Positions 63,755 through 64,000 of a DNA stretch of 64,000 nt are shown here, in pieces. The notes beneath the pieces were generated by a model. That model saw only the letters and a program-made list of their open reading frames with translations. It was not told the origin of the DNA and searched no databases. Made by a program: the position numbers and the translations under genes. Within the stretch, counting starts at the first letter, position 1; each line of letters opens with the position of its first letter. The DNA is from Pyrinomonadaceae bacterium (GTDB lineage Bacteria > Acidobacteriota > Blastocatellia > Pyrinomonadales > Pyrinomonadaceae), in contig OY969701.1 in NCBI GenBank assembly GCA_963702045.1, positions 3,886,452 to 3,950,451 on the forward strand. The letters run 5' to 3'.

Positions 63755-64000
63755 TTGATTGATGCTCGAACGGTGCGTGTGCCCGCGCGCGCGCCGCAGT
63801 GGGTCATACCAACTGTCAAATTCGTGCTCGTGCTATCGGATGCTGCGATCGCGGTGTTCGCTTTTATCGCTGCCTTCTATCTTCGTGAAGGCGGATCGAT
63901 CTTCCAAAGTTCAGGCTTTGCCTGGTCAGCTGAGTTCGCTCCGTACGGAGCGCTTCTGCTTTTCGTCCTGCCGATCCGTTTACTGACGCTGAAGTATTAC
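63755..64000 (+). CDS. membrane protein N-terminus, possibly an exopolysaccharide priming sugar transferase (continues beyond the window)
   Basis: Hand-translated open frame LIDARTVRVPARAPQWVIPTVKFVLVLSDAAIAVFAFIAAFYLREGG...YGALLLFVLPIRLLTLKYY, not closed within the window. Start uncertain (TTG at 63728 or 63755; no in-frame ATG). Only the TM region is visible. Confidence 0.4.
   Translation, partial: MIDARTVRVPARAPQWVIPTVKFVLVLSDAAIAVFAFIAAFYLREGGSIFQSSGFAWSAEFAPYGALLLFVLPIRLLTLKYY

Overview
This 64-kb window looks like ordinary chromosome from a moderately GC-rich bacterium. By gene style it may be Acidobacteriota-like, but I cannot verify that from the sequence alone. I support about 40 protein genes and one tRNA. 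Housekeeping genes include glpK-glpD, lexA, leuS, nfo, ilvE, pilT, asnB and tRNA-Thr(CGU). They are interleaved with secreted or cell-surface proteins:
- three large beta-propeller proteins that share a C-terminal FG-GAP/VCBS-like module;
- a TlpA-type thiol-disulfide oxidoreductase;
- an S9 peptidase, an M19 dipeptidase, an NPP-family phosphodiesterase and a PQQ-type sugar dehydrogenase.

There is also a same-strand signalling cluster (Ser/Thr kinase with FGE domain, TPR protein, zinc-ribbon membrane protein, triple-FHA ABC exporter) and a fragmentary exopolysaccharide gene set (GT2, AsnB-like, DUF354, probable priming transferase). I saw no integrase, transposase, cas, phage or restriction genes.

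The most unusual content is non-coding. Almost every intergenic gap holds a hairpin-forming repeat, and I count at least ten sequence-unrelated families. Several have arms built from tandem heptanucleotides. One forms an 8-unit, 0.8-kb tandem array inside the kinase/ABC cluster. Another is a roughly 290-bp G-run/C-run palindrome upstream of a MerR-like gene.

Two loci encode Cys-rich secreted peptides. One is a fulvocin-C-like bacteriocin precursor bracketed by a duplicated fragment of a peptidase gene. The other is split between two reading frames.

I did not find a clear-cut novel multi-gene system. The findings list my best candidates, and all functional calls rest on motif recognition by eye, without searches.
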